Below are positions 38,673 to 47,246 of a DNA stretch of 64,000 nt, in pieces. Origin of the DNA: an uncultured Alphaproteobacteria bacterium. Lineage in GTDB: Bacteria > Pseudomonadota > Alphaproteobacteria > Rhizobiales > Xanthobacteraceae. Location of the stretch: positions 4,623,010 to 4,687,009 of the forward strand of contig OY970184.1 of the NCBI GenBank assembly GCA_963708125.1, read 5' to 3'. How positions within the stretch are numbered: position 1 is the stretch's first letter; each line of letters begins with the position of its first letter. A program made the translations under genes and the position numbers. The notes beneath the pieces were generated by a model. That model had not been told where the DNA came from. It did no database searches and saw only the letters and a program-made list of their open reading frames with translations.

Positions 38673-39429
38673 GTGGCGTAAGGCGTGTAGACATGGGGCG
38701 CGCCGACCGTCATCCTTGCAACCGATTCCGGTGGTCTCGAGCAGCCTTTTAAATGCATGATCGACATTGTGCTTCCTCACCTGTGTTCCGTCTCGGTTTG
38801 CAAAGAAGGCGGACTCCATCCCTTCCGGCACTGGGCGGTCCGAACGTCGTTCGGCATAAGCCCGCAGGGCATCGGCGAGTTTGCAAGCAACGGGCACGAG
38901 ACAACTCTTGTAGAACTTAGTGTTCCGCACCGTCAGCACTGCGTTCGCAAGGTCCACATCCCTCATGGTTAGATGCAGCGCCTCGCTGGTTCGCAGTCCA
39001 GCTCCGTACAGGATCAGGAGCAGGGGTACGGAAAGTATCGCTATCGAGCCGGACGGCGTGCTTGCGGCTGGTATTGACGGCCTCAAACAGGTGCCGCAGT
39101 TCCTCGCGGGAGTAGATATAAGGTTGCGTCGATGGCGGCTCTCTCGGTTCTTCGTCTGCCGCCGGCAGGGGCGACCGGGTGGCATAACCGCGGCTGATCG
39201 CATACCGGTAAAATCCGGCGAGCGCGCCGTACTTGCCGGCGCGCCATCGGGTGAGTGGACCGGTTCCAGCAAGGAATTGGCGGACCTCTTTCTCCGTCAC
39301 CGCATCGCAGCACACGTGTTCGGGGACGCTTCTACAAAATTGGTACAATGCGCGTGCGGTGGTAATGAATCGCGCACCGTGGGCCCGCCGCCACGCCACA
39401 TAGTGGTCGATCGCGCCGCGGAGAATCAT
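38673..39429 (-). pseudogene. RitB-like tyrosine recombinase (lineage RIT-Y); frameshift near 39090; cut after HALRH by RIT copy 2
   Basis: MILRGAIDHYVAWRRAHGARFITTARALYQF... continues in another frame as LLLILYGAGLRTSEALHLTMRDVD...KFYKSCLVPV...APCLHALRH. The codons occupy 38687-38673 on the minus strand. The ATG overlaps the upstream stop as ATGA at 39426-39429. Confidence 0.75.
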
Positions 39430-40664
39430 AACAGCCCCTCCAGATCGATTTCGGCAACTTCGCGAAGAGCATTGAGCTGCACCTTGGCGTAGACCGAGGT
39501 GGCTGCGACGCTGCGATGGCCGAGATAGTCTCCAACCGCCTTCATCGACAAGCCCTGATCCAGGGGATGCTGGGCGGTCGCGTGACGCAACGCATGTGGA
39601 CCACGACGTTTTCCGGTGATCCCAATTCGATCAAGGCGCGTACAGACGATGCCCTTTATCACTTCTCGACTGAGAGGCTTGATCGGAGCCTTCAACGTCA
39701 AGAACAACCTGCGTTCTGGTTGCGCGGGACGAACTTCGCGCAGATAGCGGAGGATCGTCTGCCCGACACCTCGTGAGAGCGGGTAGAGATGCGTAAGCCC
39801 GGGCTTGGGGCAACGCACCCGCAACATCTCCTGCTCCCAATCCAGATCGCCGAGCTGAAGGCCGCTGACCTCACCGGCGCGTAGGCCGTAGGTAGTCAGC
39901 AGCATCAGGATCGCGCGGGCACGAATGTCAAAAGGACTGTCGCCCTCAGTGGTGGCGAGCAGGCGGATGATCTCGTCCTGATTTAATCCTTTCGGAATGG
40001 TTCCGCCGAGATAGCGCCGCGGCGGCATGATCCCGTCTGCCAGACCTGGCTTGCACCAGCTCTGCTGTTCGGCAAACCGGAAGAATCTACGAAGTTGCTG
40101 CGCATAAAGATGCATCGTTGATCGACAGTAGCCACGCGCGTGATAGCGTGCGATGACCTGATCGATCATGGTGATCCCGACCGAGGCTAGATCGACACCT
40201 GTCTCGTCCAGCCAGACGAAGAAGCGATCGACTGTTCGGCAACAGCCGACGACCGTGGCATCGGATAATCCGCGCTCTCCCAACATATGCGCCGCAAAGG
40301 CTGTGACCTCGCGTGTGTGGGCGTGACCTGCGACCTCGGGTTCATCAATCCAGCCTAGAAAGCGCAACCATCGCTCAGCGTGGTTGAAGAACCGTCGACG
40401 CGCGCGAGGTCGTGATTTACGGTCCCCCGGCAAAGACCATCGCCTATACCAGGCCTCAATCTTGCACAGGTTCAAGTCGTCATCGCCGTCCTGCAAATTG
40501 AGAATGCGCACGAGGTTCAGTTGATGCGAAGCAATATTGCACAACGTCTCGGTCTGGATGCCGATTTGCTCGCAACGAGCGAGATAGCGGAGTCTCTCCT
40601 TAAGCAAAGGCGCAGAGCGATATCGCGCGATCGCAGACGGCCGGGTGAAAAGACATTCGAGCAT
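39426..40664 (-). CDS. RitA-like tyrosine recombinase (lineage RIT-Y, 412 aa, intact)
   Basis: ...ILMLLTTYGLRAGEVSGLQLGDLDW...GPHALRHATAQHPLDQG...YLGHRSVAATSVYAKVQLNALREV. Confidence 0.8.
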   Translation of the reverse strand: MLECLFTRPSAIARYRSAPLLKERLRYLARCEQIGIQTETLCNIASHQLNLVRILNLQDGDDDLNLCKIEAWYRRWSLPGDRKSRPRARRRFFNHAERWLRFLGWIDEPEVAGHAHTREVTAFAAHMLGERGLSDATVVGCCRTVDRFFVWLDETGVDLASVGITMIDQVIARYHARGYCRSTMHLYAQQLRRFFRFAEQQSWCKPGLADGIMPPRRYLGGTIPKGLNQDEIIRLLATTEGDSPFDIRARAILMLLTTYGLRAGEVSGLQLGDLDWEQEMLRVRCPKPGLTHLYPLSRGVGQTILRYLREVRPAQPERRLFLTLKAPIKPLSREVIKGIVCTRLDRIGITGKRRGPHALRHATAQHPLDQGLSMKAVGDYLGHRSVAATSVYAKVQLNALREVAEIDLEGLL

Positions 40665-40721
40665 GATCCTGTCTCCTTGTTGTTGGAGAATGGATCATGA
40701 CACAGGATGAATTTCAGCAAA

Positions 40722-40834
40722 TTATGTTGCGGAGATTGCGGCGGAGGGACCACTCTCAGTGGAGAATCGGGACCTCCGCAACATAATCCGGTGCGCAACA
40801 TTTTATCGCTTATGTTGCTATCAACATAAGCGAT
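40722..40834. repeat. terminal repeat region of RIT-Y, including the 30-bp palindrome ATCGCTTATGTTG-CTAT-CAACATAAGCGAT (40805-40834)
   Basis: The inverted pair ATTATGTTGCGGAG (40721-40734) and CTCCGCAACATAAT (40774-40787), plus the terminal palindrome. All carry TTATGTTGC. The region lies between the RitA-Y start and the broken IS66 tnpC. Confidence 0.8.
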
Positions 40835-41427
40835 ACAGCGGAAGGTGGTCGCAGTATTGCTGACCAGCACATGCGCCAGCAAGGCCTCGGTTGCCATGCC
40901 GCCGTCGATCGGACGATCGGGGCCGGCGCCTGCACAATGCCCTCCGCGCAGGTGCGACAGGCGTAGCGTGGCCGGCGCATCACCCGCACCCTCAGGTGGG
41001 CGGGGACGTAATCCAGCATCTCGGTCTTGTCCTCGCCGATCAGATGCAGCTGCGCGCCGCAGCAGGGACACGCCTTGTCCTCGACATCGATCACCTGTTC
41101 GACCCGCGGCAAGGCCGCCGGCAGCGCACCGCGATTGCGTTTGACCGGCCCGGTACGCGGTGCGCGTGCCGACCCGTCCCGCTGTGGCGGGATCGCCCGC
41201 GACACGGCCGCTTCCAGCGCGACCGCCTGCTCCGCCACTGACTGCTCCAGATCCTCGATCCCGAGCTGCACCGCCGCTTCGCCGAGCTTCTCCGAGCGCC
41301 GGCCGAAGCGATTGCGCTGTAGTGCCGCGATGATCAGCCGTTGACGTTCGATTTCGGCCGGGGCCGCACGCAGCATCTGCTGCAGCAGGACCGGGTCGTC
41401 CGGCAGGTTCGTTGGGATAGTGAACAC
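40835..41427 (-). pseudogene. IS66-family TnpC transposase, N-terminal about 200 codons (one frameshift), cut after ...DHLPLYR
   Basis: MFTIPTNLPDDPVLLQQMLRAAPAEIERQRLIIAALQRNRFGRRSEKL...CPCCGAQLHLIGEDKTEMLDYVP... continues in another frame as RPIDGGMATEALLAHVLVS. A short tnpB-like tail (...RPELAG) lies upstream at about 41470-41560. Confidence 0.75.
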
Positions 41428-41809
41428 ATCCCGGAATTGAATCGCCGTCGTGAATCGGGTCCAATGAAATCCTTCGTGATCGGTTCGCCACAGCCCGCCA
41501 GCTCCGGGCGCTTCACCCGCTGCCGCCCGGTATTGATCCCGTGCCTGCGGCCAACGGCCATCACCGCCGCGGGCGGCGCAACGATATCGCTCGCCGCCGC
41601 TTCACCAATCATGTCTTCGATTGCTGCGTTCATCGCGCCACAGCATCACAAGAGTGGCCCGAAAAACAACGTGGCCGCGGCGCAACGCTCACCCAGGTCG
41701 CGCATTTTGGTGTACATAAAGAGCGGGGGACGGTTCCAGGCGGCGCGGCGTCGACGACTGGGGAGCCAATAAACGCCTAAGCTAGCGGTGATGAGAAATC
41801 ATTTCGCCA

Positions 41810-42376
41810 TCAGCCCTCGTGGTAAGGGAACGGGGAAGTAAACTCGCGAAAGCGCGACAGCTTCTGATCTTTGTCCGAGAGCACGGCCTCAGCAGCTGCG
41901 ATCGGCCAGCCAATCGCGAGCGTCGAATCATTCCAGACGATACCTTGCTCGCACTGGGGCGCGTAGTAACAATCGACCTTGTAAGCGACCTCGGTGCTGT
42001 CTTCCAACGTGCAATAGCCATGGGCGAAACCACGTGGAACAAAAACTTGTTCGCCGCCTTGCGCCGTTAGTGTCGCAGCCATCCATCGGCCGTATGTCGG
42101 CGACCCAATCCGCAGGTCAACGGCGACATCGTAGATGCTGCCGCGAAGCACGCGAACGAGCTTTGCCTGAGGCCGCGGCGGCACTTGAAAATGCAGGGCG
42201 CGCACTGTTCCGCGCCGGATTGAAAAGGCCTGATTGTCCTGAACGAAATCGGCCTTTAGCCCGATCTCGTGGGCTGCACGTGCGTTGTAAGTCTCGACAA
42301 AGTAGCCCCGGTGATCTTGAAAGTACCGAGGTTTAAGCACAAGCACACCTGGCAACTCGGTTACTGCGACTTGCAT
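41810..42376 (-). CDS. rmlC: dTDP-4-dehydrorhamnose 3,5-epimerase
   Basis: MQVAVTELPGVLVLKPRYFQDHRGYFVETYN...VQDNQAFSIRRGTVRALHFQ...QAKLVRVLRGSIYDVAVDLR...VPRGFAHGY. Confidence 0.9.
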   Translation of the reverse strand: MQVAVTELPGVLVLKPRYFQDHRGYFVETYNARAAHEIGLKADFVQDNQAFSIRRGTVRALHFQVPPRPQAKLVRVLRGSIYDVAVDLRIGSPTYGRWMAATLTAQGGEQVFVPRGFAHGYCTLEDSTEVAYKVDCYYAPQCEQGIVWNDSTLAIGWPIAAAEAVLSDKDQKLSRFREFTSPFPYHEG

Positions 42377-42745
42377 GGCACAAAAACCTTTTTGCCAATT
42401 ATGCGCCCGCGCGGGGGTTCGGCGCGCCCCGGTCGGCCGCTCATTGCGATCCAGCAATGACATAATCGTTAAGGCCGGGCCGCAATTCCAGATATCGCGG
42501 CCGAGCTTTAATACGTCAGCGGATGCGCTTTAAGCAATATCCTTGATAACCTTTCGATGGCCTACGCCATCTCACGGCCTGCAACGGCAGCGCGCCGGTT
42601 CAATCGCTCTCACTTGTGCCGCTCCGAAGCTAGCACCGGTTCGCGAACGGCGACAATGCCGGGCTTATCCGATGCGCCAACTTCCCATCGATTTGAGGGC
42701 AGGGATAAACGTGACGCGACACTTTCGAGCGGACATTACCTGGGT

Positions 42746-43048
42746 TTAGAATGTTGCGGGACCCGCCATCGCAACCAAAGCCTGCTGATAGGCAAAATTG
42801 AGCCTCTTGGTCTCTGCTTCGGCAAGCCGCCTAAACGCCTCCGACATGCCGTGTACCCGGTCAGGATGACACTGCTTGATCAGAAGCCTGTAAGCAGTCC
42901 GAATTTCCTCGATGCTCGCCGATTGCGACACTCGGAGAACAGAACGCCAGTCATCGACAGCCTGCTGTTCATCTGCCCCTTCGAGCCTTTTTTGTGCGTC
43001 TTCAAAGTGCAACCGTTCAAATGCCATGCCCCTTCCGAGTGTGGCCAA
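42746..43048 (-). CDS. small J-domain (DnaJ-like) protein, 100 aa
   Basis: IEEIRTAYRLLIKQCHPDRVHGMSEAFRRLAEAETKRLNFAYQQAL contains the HPD tripeptide. There is no Zn-finger or C-terminal DnaJ domain. Confidence 0.7.
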   Translation of the reverse strand: MATLGRGMAFERLHFEDAQKRLEGADEQQAVDDWRSVLRVSQSASIEEIRTAYRLLIKQCHPDRVHGMSEAFRRLAEAETKRLNFAYQQALVAMAGPATF

Positions 43049-43060
43049 ATCTTTAAAAAG

Positions 43061-43522
43061 TCATAATTCCAGACCGTGCTGCCGTCGCAGGTTGACCCGG
43101 CGGGCAAAGTAAAACAGCGGCGCTGCCGCTATAGCGAGTCCAGCCGAAACCGCATTGGCATAAAGTGTGTGCCCGTCTACTGGATACCATGAAGTTCCAA
43201 AACCTGGGCCAGACAATTGCCCAATCGCCGGGCCTGTTTGCCCAGTATGGTGTACCGATAAAGTTAAAATCGAGAGGAAAGCGATGACATCGGTTGCCAA
43301 TACCCAACCCAACGCCGAATGGAGGCTCTTATTGTGTATCCACGTCTTGAGGCGCCGCAACGGCCGCGTCCTTAGGCGAATGATGATCGTTTGCAGAAAT
43401 TCTGCGTGCACCTGAAGGTTCTCATATTCAGCGGCTTTCTCGTCGGGAAGGTCGACGCGGTCACCAATCAACGCGCGCCAAAGATGGCCCTGACGCGGGG
43501 GCCAATTCGCGCGACTGCTCAA
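43061..43522 (-). CDS. hypothetical membrane protein (no ATG start; possibly fused by frameshift to 43461..43730)
   Basis: Hydrophobic segments LGWVLATDVIAFLSILTLSV and ANAVSAGLAIAAAPLFYFA. It ends 12 nt upstream of the J-domain gene. Confidence 0.4.
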   Translation of the reverse strand: MSSRANWPPRQGHLWRALIGDRVDLPDEKAAEYENLQVHAEFLQTIIIRLRTRPLRRLKTWIHNKSLHSALGWVLATDVIAFLSILTLSVHHTGQTGPAIGQLSGPGFGTSWYPVDGHTLYANAVSAGLAIAAAPLFYFARRVNLRRQHGLEL

Positions 43523-43730
43523 TCCGAAAACAGACCTTATGGTGCAGCACTATCGCGCGCTTCAGTTCAGCCAATTCGGACTTGCGCAGCGCAAATTCGG
43601 CCCGAACCGATCGAAACGTCAGAGAATGACGAATGTAAGCAAGCACGAGGAAAGGCAGAGCTGGCGACAGCGCCAGCATGGCTGCGTTGGAAAGGTTAAT
43701 TGAAAATACGCCGCTCACCGGTTCGAGCAT
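43461..43730 (-). CDS. hypothetical small membrane protein (89 aa)
   Basis: TM segment AAMLALSPALPFLVLAYI followed by a charged helix RAEFALRKSELAELKRAI. It overlaps the next ORF by 62 nt. Confidence 0.35.
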   Translation of the reverse strand: MLEPVSGVFSINLSNAAMLALSPALPFLVLAYIRHSLTFRSVRAEFALRKSELAELKRAIVLHHKVCFRIEQSRELAPASGPSLARVDW

Positions 43731-44150
43731 GTACTACTCTGATGTGACCTCCCGCACGCGGCCACAGCAGTACCCCCTTAAAGTTGAGATTCTGTCAAAA
43801 CCAAGGCGAGATGTTGGGAAACGCCGCCCGCGGCCTGCCCAAATCCCGTTGGCGTCCGGTAAGTTTGGCTGGGCGGAAAAACCTGCAAGCCGGCTATCCG
43901 AGGCGGGCCGCCACTGCAGTGTCTCCCGCCTAAGTGTCCTTCTAGATCTACGGCCCTTAGCGTCAGCCGCAGCTATCGACTTTTCACGAGGAGGTCTGCG
44001 GTCCAAAATCTCTGAACGAAGCCAATTCTTTTAGCATTGAAGTCCTCCCTGCAGCTTGCGTTCTTTGGCGTGACGAACGCGATGTGGTCTGAGGCATTAC
44101 GCGTGCGCATGGAATGCCAACTACTGCGATACCTAATTTCACTGCTAACG

Positions 44151-44576
44151 CTACAACATCGCAGCTTCGTTGAGCAAAAGGATTCTACCGCGGAGCATTC
44201 GTTTCTTCTCGTGAGCTTTCCGCAGGAAATGTTCGTCTGCGGTGACAAATGGCAGTCAGTGGCAGCGGCGAGTGCAAGGTATATACAATCGTAAGCGGGG
44301 TGGCCGATCTCGATAGACAGGCGCGTCGCTCTCTCGAGCAATGAGCGCACGGGAAGCAGTTCGACATCGACGCCCTGAAGAAGGCGAGCAGCAAGCAGCG
44401 CCTCCTCCCTGAGGAGCTCCTTCCTCCGCACTTTCCTCCACAAAAATGTTTGTATACTCCGCTACCAACAAGTCGGGGGCAATCTGCTTGGCCCTTCGAA
44501 GCAGCACAAGTGCCTCTTGCGTGCCGACTTTCACCCACTTGACCGCAATGCTGGCATCGATGACGAACGTCTTCAC
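44151..44576 (-). pseudogene. vapC: VapC (PIN) toxin with two frameshifts
   Basis: MKTFVIDASIAVKWV...APDLLVAEYTNI, then WRKVRRKELLREEALLAARLL...IGHPAYDCIYLALAAATDCH, then VTADEHFLRKAHEKKRML..., read in three frames. The breaks fall at a T5 run (about 44440) and near 44250. Confidence 0.7.
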
Positions 44577-44812
44577 CTTGCCTCACGCGATTTTCGGAGC
44601 AGAACCTCCGCCGGGGTCTGCTTCCGGCGCTTCGTCAGTTTCCGCAGTTCCGCAGCCAATGTTTCGAATGAGGGCGCAGCTTCGTTGGCGAGCGCCTGGC
44701 GAAGGATTTCTCGATGTTCAGCTTCCGCCGAACGCCCGTGCCGGGCGGCTCGCCTCTTTAAACGCGAGATCAGCTCGTTGTCCAAATTGCGCACGTGCAG
44801 ATTTCCAGCCAT
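44573..44812 (-). CDS. ribbon-helix-helix antitoxin (FitA/VapB-like, 79 aa)
   Basis: MAGNLHVRNLDNELISRLKRRAARHGRSAEAEHREILRQAL. Its stop overlaps the toxin start. Confidence 0.75.
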   Translation of the reverse strand: MAGNLHVRNLDNELISRLKRRAARHGRSAEAEHREILRQALANEAAPSFETLAAELRKLTKRRKQTPAEVLLRKSREAR

Positions 44813-45198
44813 ATTGTCCTCCGTGGGATCAACGCTATCAATGCTCTCAAAATGGGGTGGTCAGTCAATAAGCCAAGGTCGTGAGGCGGTTCGGATAGGA
44901 AGGACCACGGCTTAAAGCCGTGACTGCGATGCCTCCGAAAGGCATCGATCTCAAGAGCGCTCGTGATCTTGGGCGGAATGCGACCTGTGGACTATCTGAT
45001 CGATACCAACATCACCTTGAAAGATCCGCACGAGCCCATCCCCACGTCACCGCGTAGCACCGATCGATCAACGAGGGGCAGCGCCCTGGTGCCTCGCGAA
45101 ATCGATCAGGCCAGCGAAACGAGTACCGACCGAGCGTGTGCGGCCATACGCTCCATACGATACAAAGGGGCCCACGCCCGAACCCCGTGGAGCGAGGC

Positions 45199-45574
45199 CT
45201 ATACCATCACGACAAGTTCGCTGTAGGCACAGAGTTGAGCGTCGCTGGTGATCAGCCGCAAAGGTTCGCTGATAGCCTGCGCAATCAGCATCCGGTCAAA
45301 AGGATCGCAATGATGGTGGGCAAGGTTGCGGATCGCCATAGCATGCCCCAGGTCACGCCCAGTTCGCGAACCCCCGCGGCAGACATCTGTTCCAGTAATC
45401 GCTCGAAATCGACCTCCAACCTGCCGAGACCGGCCTTGTTCACCATTCCCACAGTGATATCGAGCTCACAAAAACGGCCTCCGCGCTCTTGATTTCTTGA
45501 CAACCTGCCCTGGATAGCCGAGCGCTGTCCGCGGCGACGCACAAGACGACACTCGTATCAAGCAATAGCCGCAC
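45199..45574 (-). pseudogene. vapC: VapC (PIN) toxin with three frameshifts
   Basis: VRLLLDTSVVLCVAADSARLS...FVSSISLWE, then VNKAGLGRLEVDFERLLEQMSAAGVRELGVT, then AMAIRNL.HHHCDPFDRMLIAQAISEP, then LRLITSDAQLCAYSELVVMV*, found in alternating frames. Confidence 0.7.
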
Positions 45575-45576
45575 GT

Positions 45577-45813
45577 CTATTCGCTCTCGAAGGCGCCAAG
45601 AACCGCTTCAGGCAACGGCGCATCAAAGTCGTCGGCGATCTCGATTTCACCCTTCATAAAGCCAAACCTGACCTTTCTTGCTGGCTCGCTGATGGGACCG
45701 AGCCGTGCAAGCGGAGTGCCGGATTTGGCGATGATGACGCTTTTGCCGTGCGCCGCCTCGTCGACAAGTCTGGAGAGCTTCGCTTTCGCTTCGTGTATGT
45801 TGAGCTGTTTCAT
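45577..45813 (-). CDS. Phd/YefM-type antitoxin
   Basis: MKQLNIHEAKAKLSRLVDEAAHGKSVIIAKSGTPLARLGPI...FGFMKGEIEIADDFDAPLPE. Confidence 0.75.
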   Translation of the reverse strand: MKQLNIHEAKAKLSRLVDEAAHGKSVIIAKSGTPLARLGPISEPARKVRFGFMKGEIEIADDFDAPLPEAVLGAFESE

Positions 45814-46079
45814 CACAAAACCTCCGTCAGCCACCTACCTACTTGACCAACGTTGGTCAAGTTGCAGCCAAGCGGCGCGGAGTGCCGCTACATCCAGCCG
45901 GGACGCTTTTGTCAATACGCGTCTCCTGCGGAATGCGGATCATGTACTCGTCGCCGCGAAAAATGGTGCTGCTTCTTGGGTTTCACGCTACCGGGGGGTC
46001 GGAACTCGTCATTGCCTCCACGGCGCGGCCGCGGTCATTTAAAGTCGCGTAACGAAGCAGCACTGCTTTCTGCTGCGCC

Positions 46080-46617
46080 TTCAATCGATCAGATCGATAC
46101 TCTTGAGGCCGCCATTGCCAAAATCGATGCGCAGGATGGAGGAAGCCCTGGCGCCCTTTCGCATCGCCGTCGAGTTGATCACGCCGATTCCGGGCATCAA
46201 GAGCCTGAGCGCCCAGGTCATCGTCTCCGAGATCGGGATCGCATGAGCCGGTTCCCTTCGGCGGCACATCTGCTCTCATCCGCGCAATGACGAGAGTGCC
46301 GGCAAGCGTCGATCAAATCGGGCGCAGGACCACGCTGGTGCGATGTGCCTGGGCAGCGCAATAGGAAGGACAGCAATCTGCAGGCTCAATTCTTCCGCAT
46401 TACGGCTCGCAGTGGCAAGAAGAAGGCAATCCTTGCGGTCGCGGCCTCGATGCTCACCCCAATCTACCACACGCTGAAGTACGGCACCGAACACCATGAT
46501 CTCGGTGCGGACCACTTTGATCGCTGTCCCACCGAGATCAAAACCAGGCGCCTGGCCGCCCAGATCGCCAAGCTCGGCTACCAGGTCGAGCTTCGGCCGC
46601 TGCAAGAAGCCGCATGA
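46080..46617 (+). pseudogene. IS110-family transposase, C-terminal two-thirds, frameshifted
   Basis: ...QIDTLEAAIAKIDAQ... and ...MSRFPSAAHLLS... in one frame. ...RKDSNLQAQFFRITARSGKKKAILAVAASMLTPIYHTLKYGTEHHDLGADHFDR... in ORF 46345..46617. Confidence 0.7.
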
Positions 46618-46952
46618 CACCGACGCACTGCCCCGGTGTCTTTATTAGGAGAGGCACATTACTGCAGTTAGATGGATCCAAGCTTTCAGCCTTGAGAATG
46701 AAAGAGAGTATCGTCGCAGGCCGTCGAATTCCTTTTTCGCCATGTTGAAATACCGAATTCAACGCAATCCATTGCCGATTCGCTCGAACAAATTGCTGTT
46801 GCATTCCAAAATGATCATTTGCCTCCGCCACCTGAAATGCCCGAGGTTTCAGGGCAAAAATGTCTGTGCTGGCGAAGATCCGGCGATCTTGCCGGTCAAT
46901 TCTAGCTTCGCAGGTATTTTGCTTCGCCCAGCAGCCGGGATCAATTTCGAGA

Positions 46953-47246
46953 TCAGCGCGCCCGCCCGGTTCCGTCTACGGACACCCAACCGCCGATCTT
47001 GACGCAGGCATTGCTCCCCGGAACCGCGACGAACCCGGCGCCGAACGCGTCGCAAGATTTGATATGCGCGGACCGGGGCGACTTTGCTGCGCGCCGCGGC
47101 GGCGTCCATCGGACCGGCGGATTCGGTTGGGTCAGCGTCTGCGCCAAGGCGCTTGAGGTTGCGATGCCGAAGGCAAGTATCAGAGCAGCCGGCGTGGCCA
47201 CACGGCAGGTCAAGCGCACCGGTGTACGCACCGCTCGGAAATCCAT
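46953..47246 (-). pseudogene. alphaproteobacterial porin, N-terminal fragment only (signal peptide plus about 60 residues)
   Basis: The signal peptide is ...ATPAALILAFGIATSSALA, followed by ...CDAFGAGFVAVPGSNACVKIGGWV, the typical start of Porin_2-type proteins. The reading frame dies at about 46953 where AT-richer DNA begins. Confidence 0.6.

Larger units (their letters stand above)
35271..38675 (-). mobile_element. RIT (recombinase-in-trio) element, copy 2
   Basis: Co-linear with 4295-7699 at a constant offset of 30,976. The RitB and RitC translations are identical, and RitA carries the same two frameshifts. IRs lie at 35271-35302 and 38644-38675. Confidence 0.85.

Noticed and set aside
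37737-39272. 511-aa ORF on the minus strand, the longest recombinase-like ORF in the second RIT region
   Set aside because: It is a read-through chimera. Its first half is RitB-Y (up to ...CLHALRH at 38673). It then runs across the RIT terminal repeat (YEALRTMSRT...) into the middle frame of the frameshifted RitA. It is not a real gene.
40517-41491. 324-aa ORF on the minus strand spanning the IS66 tnpC fragment, the RIT-Y end and the RitA-Y start
   Set aside because: It is mostly an out-of-frame, Arg/Gly/Ala-rich translation of tnpC. It matches tnpC only briefly (RPIDGGMATEALLAHVLVS) and then crosses the palindromic repeats. It is an artefact of high GC content plus a frameshift.
44906-44946. 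Two adjacent hairpins (CACGGC-TTAAA-GCCGTG and GATGCC-TCCGAAA-GGCATC) upstream of the RHH antitoxin gene
   Set aside because: The stems are short (6 bp), there is no U-tract, and no second copy occurs in the window. This is not enough to call a terminator, sRNA or operator.
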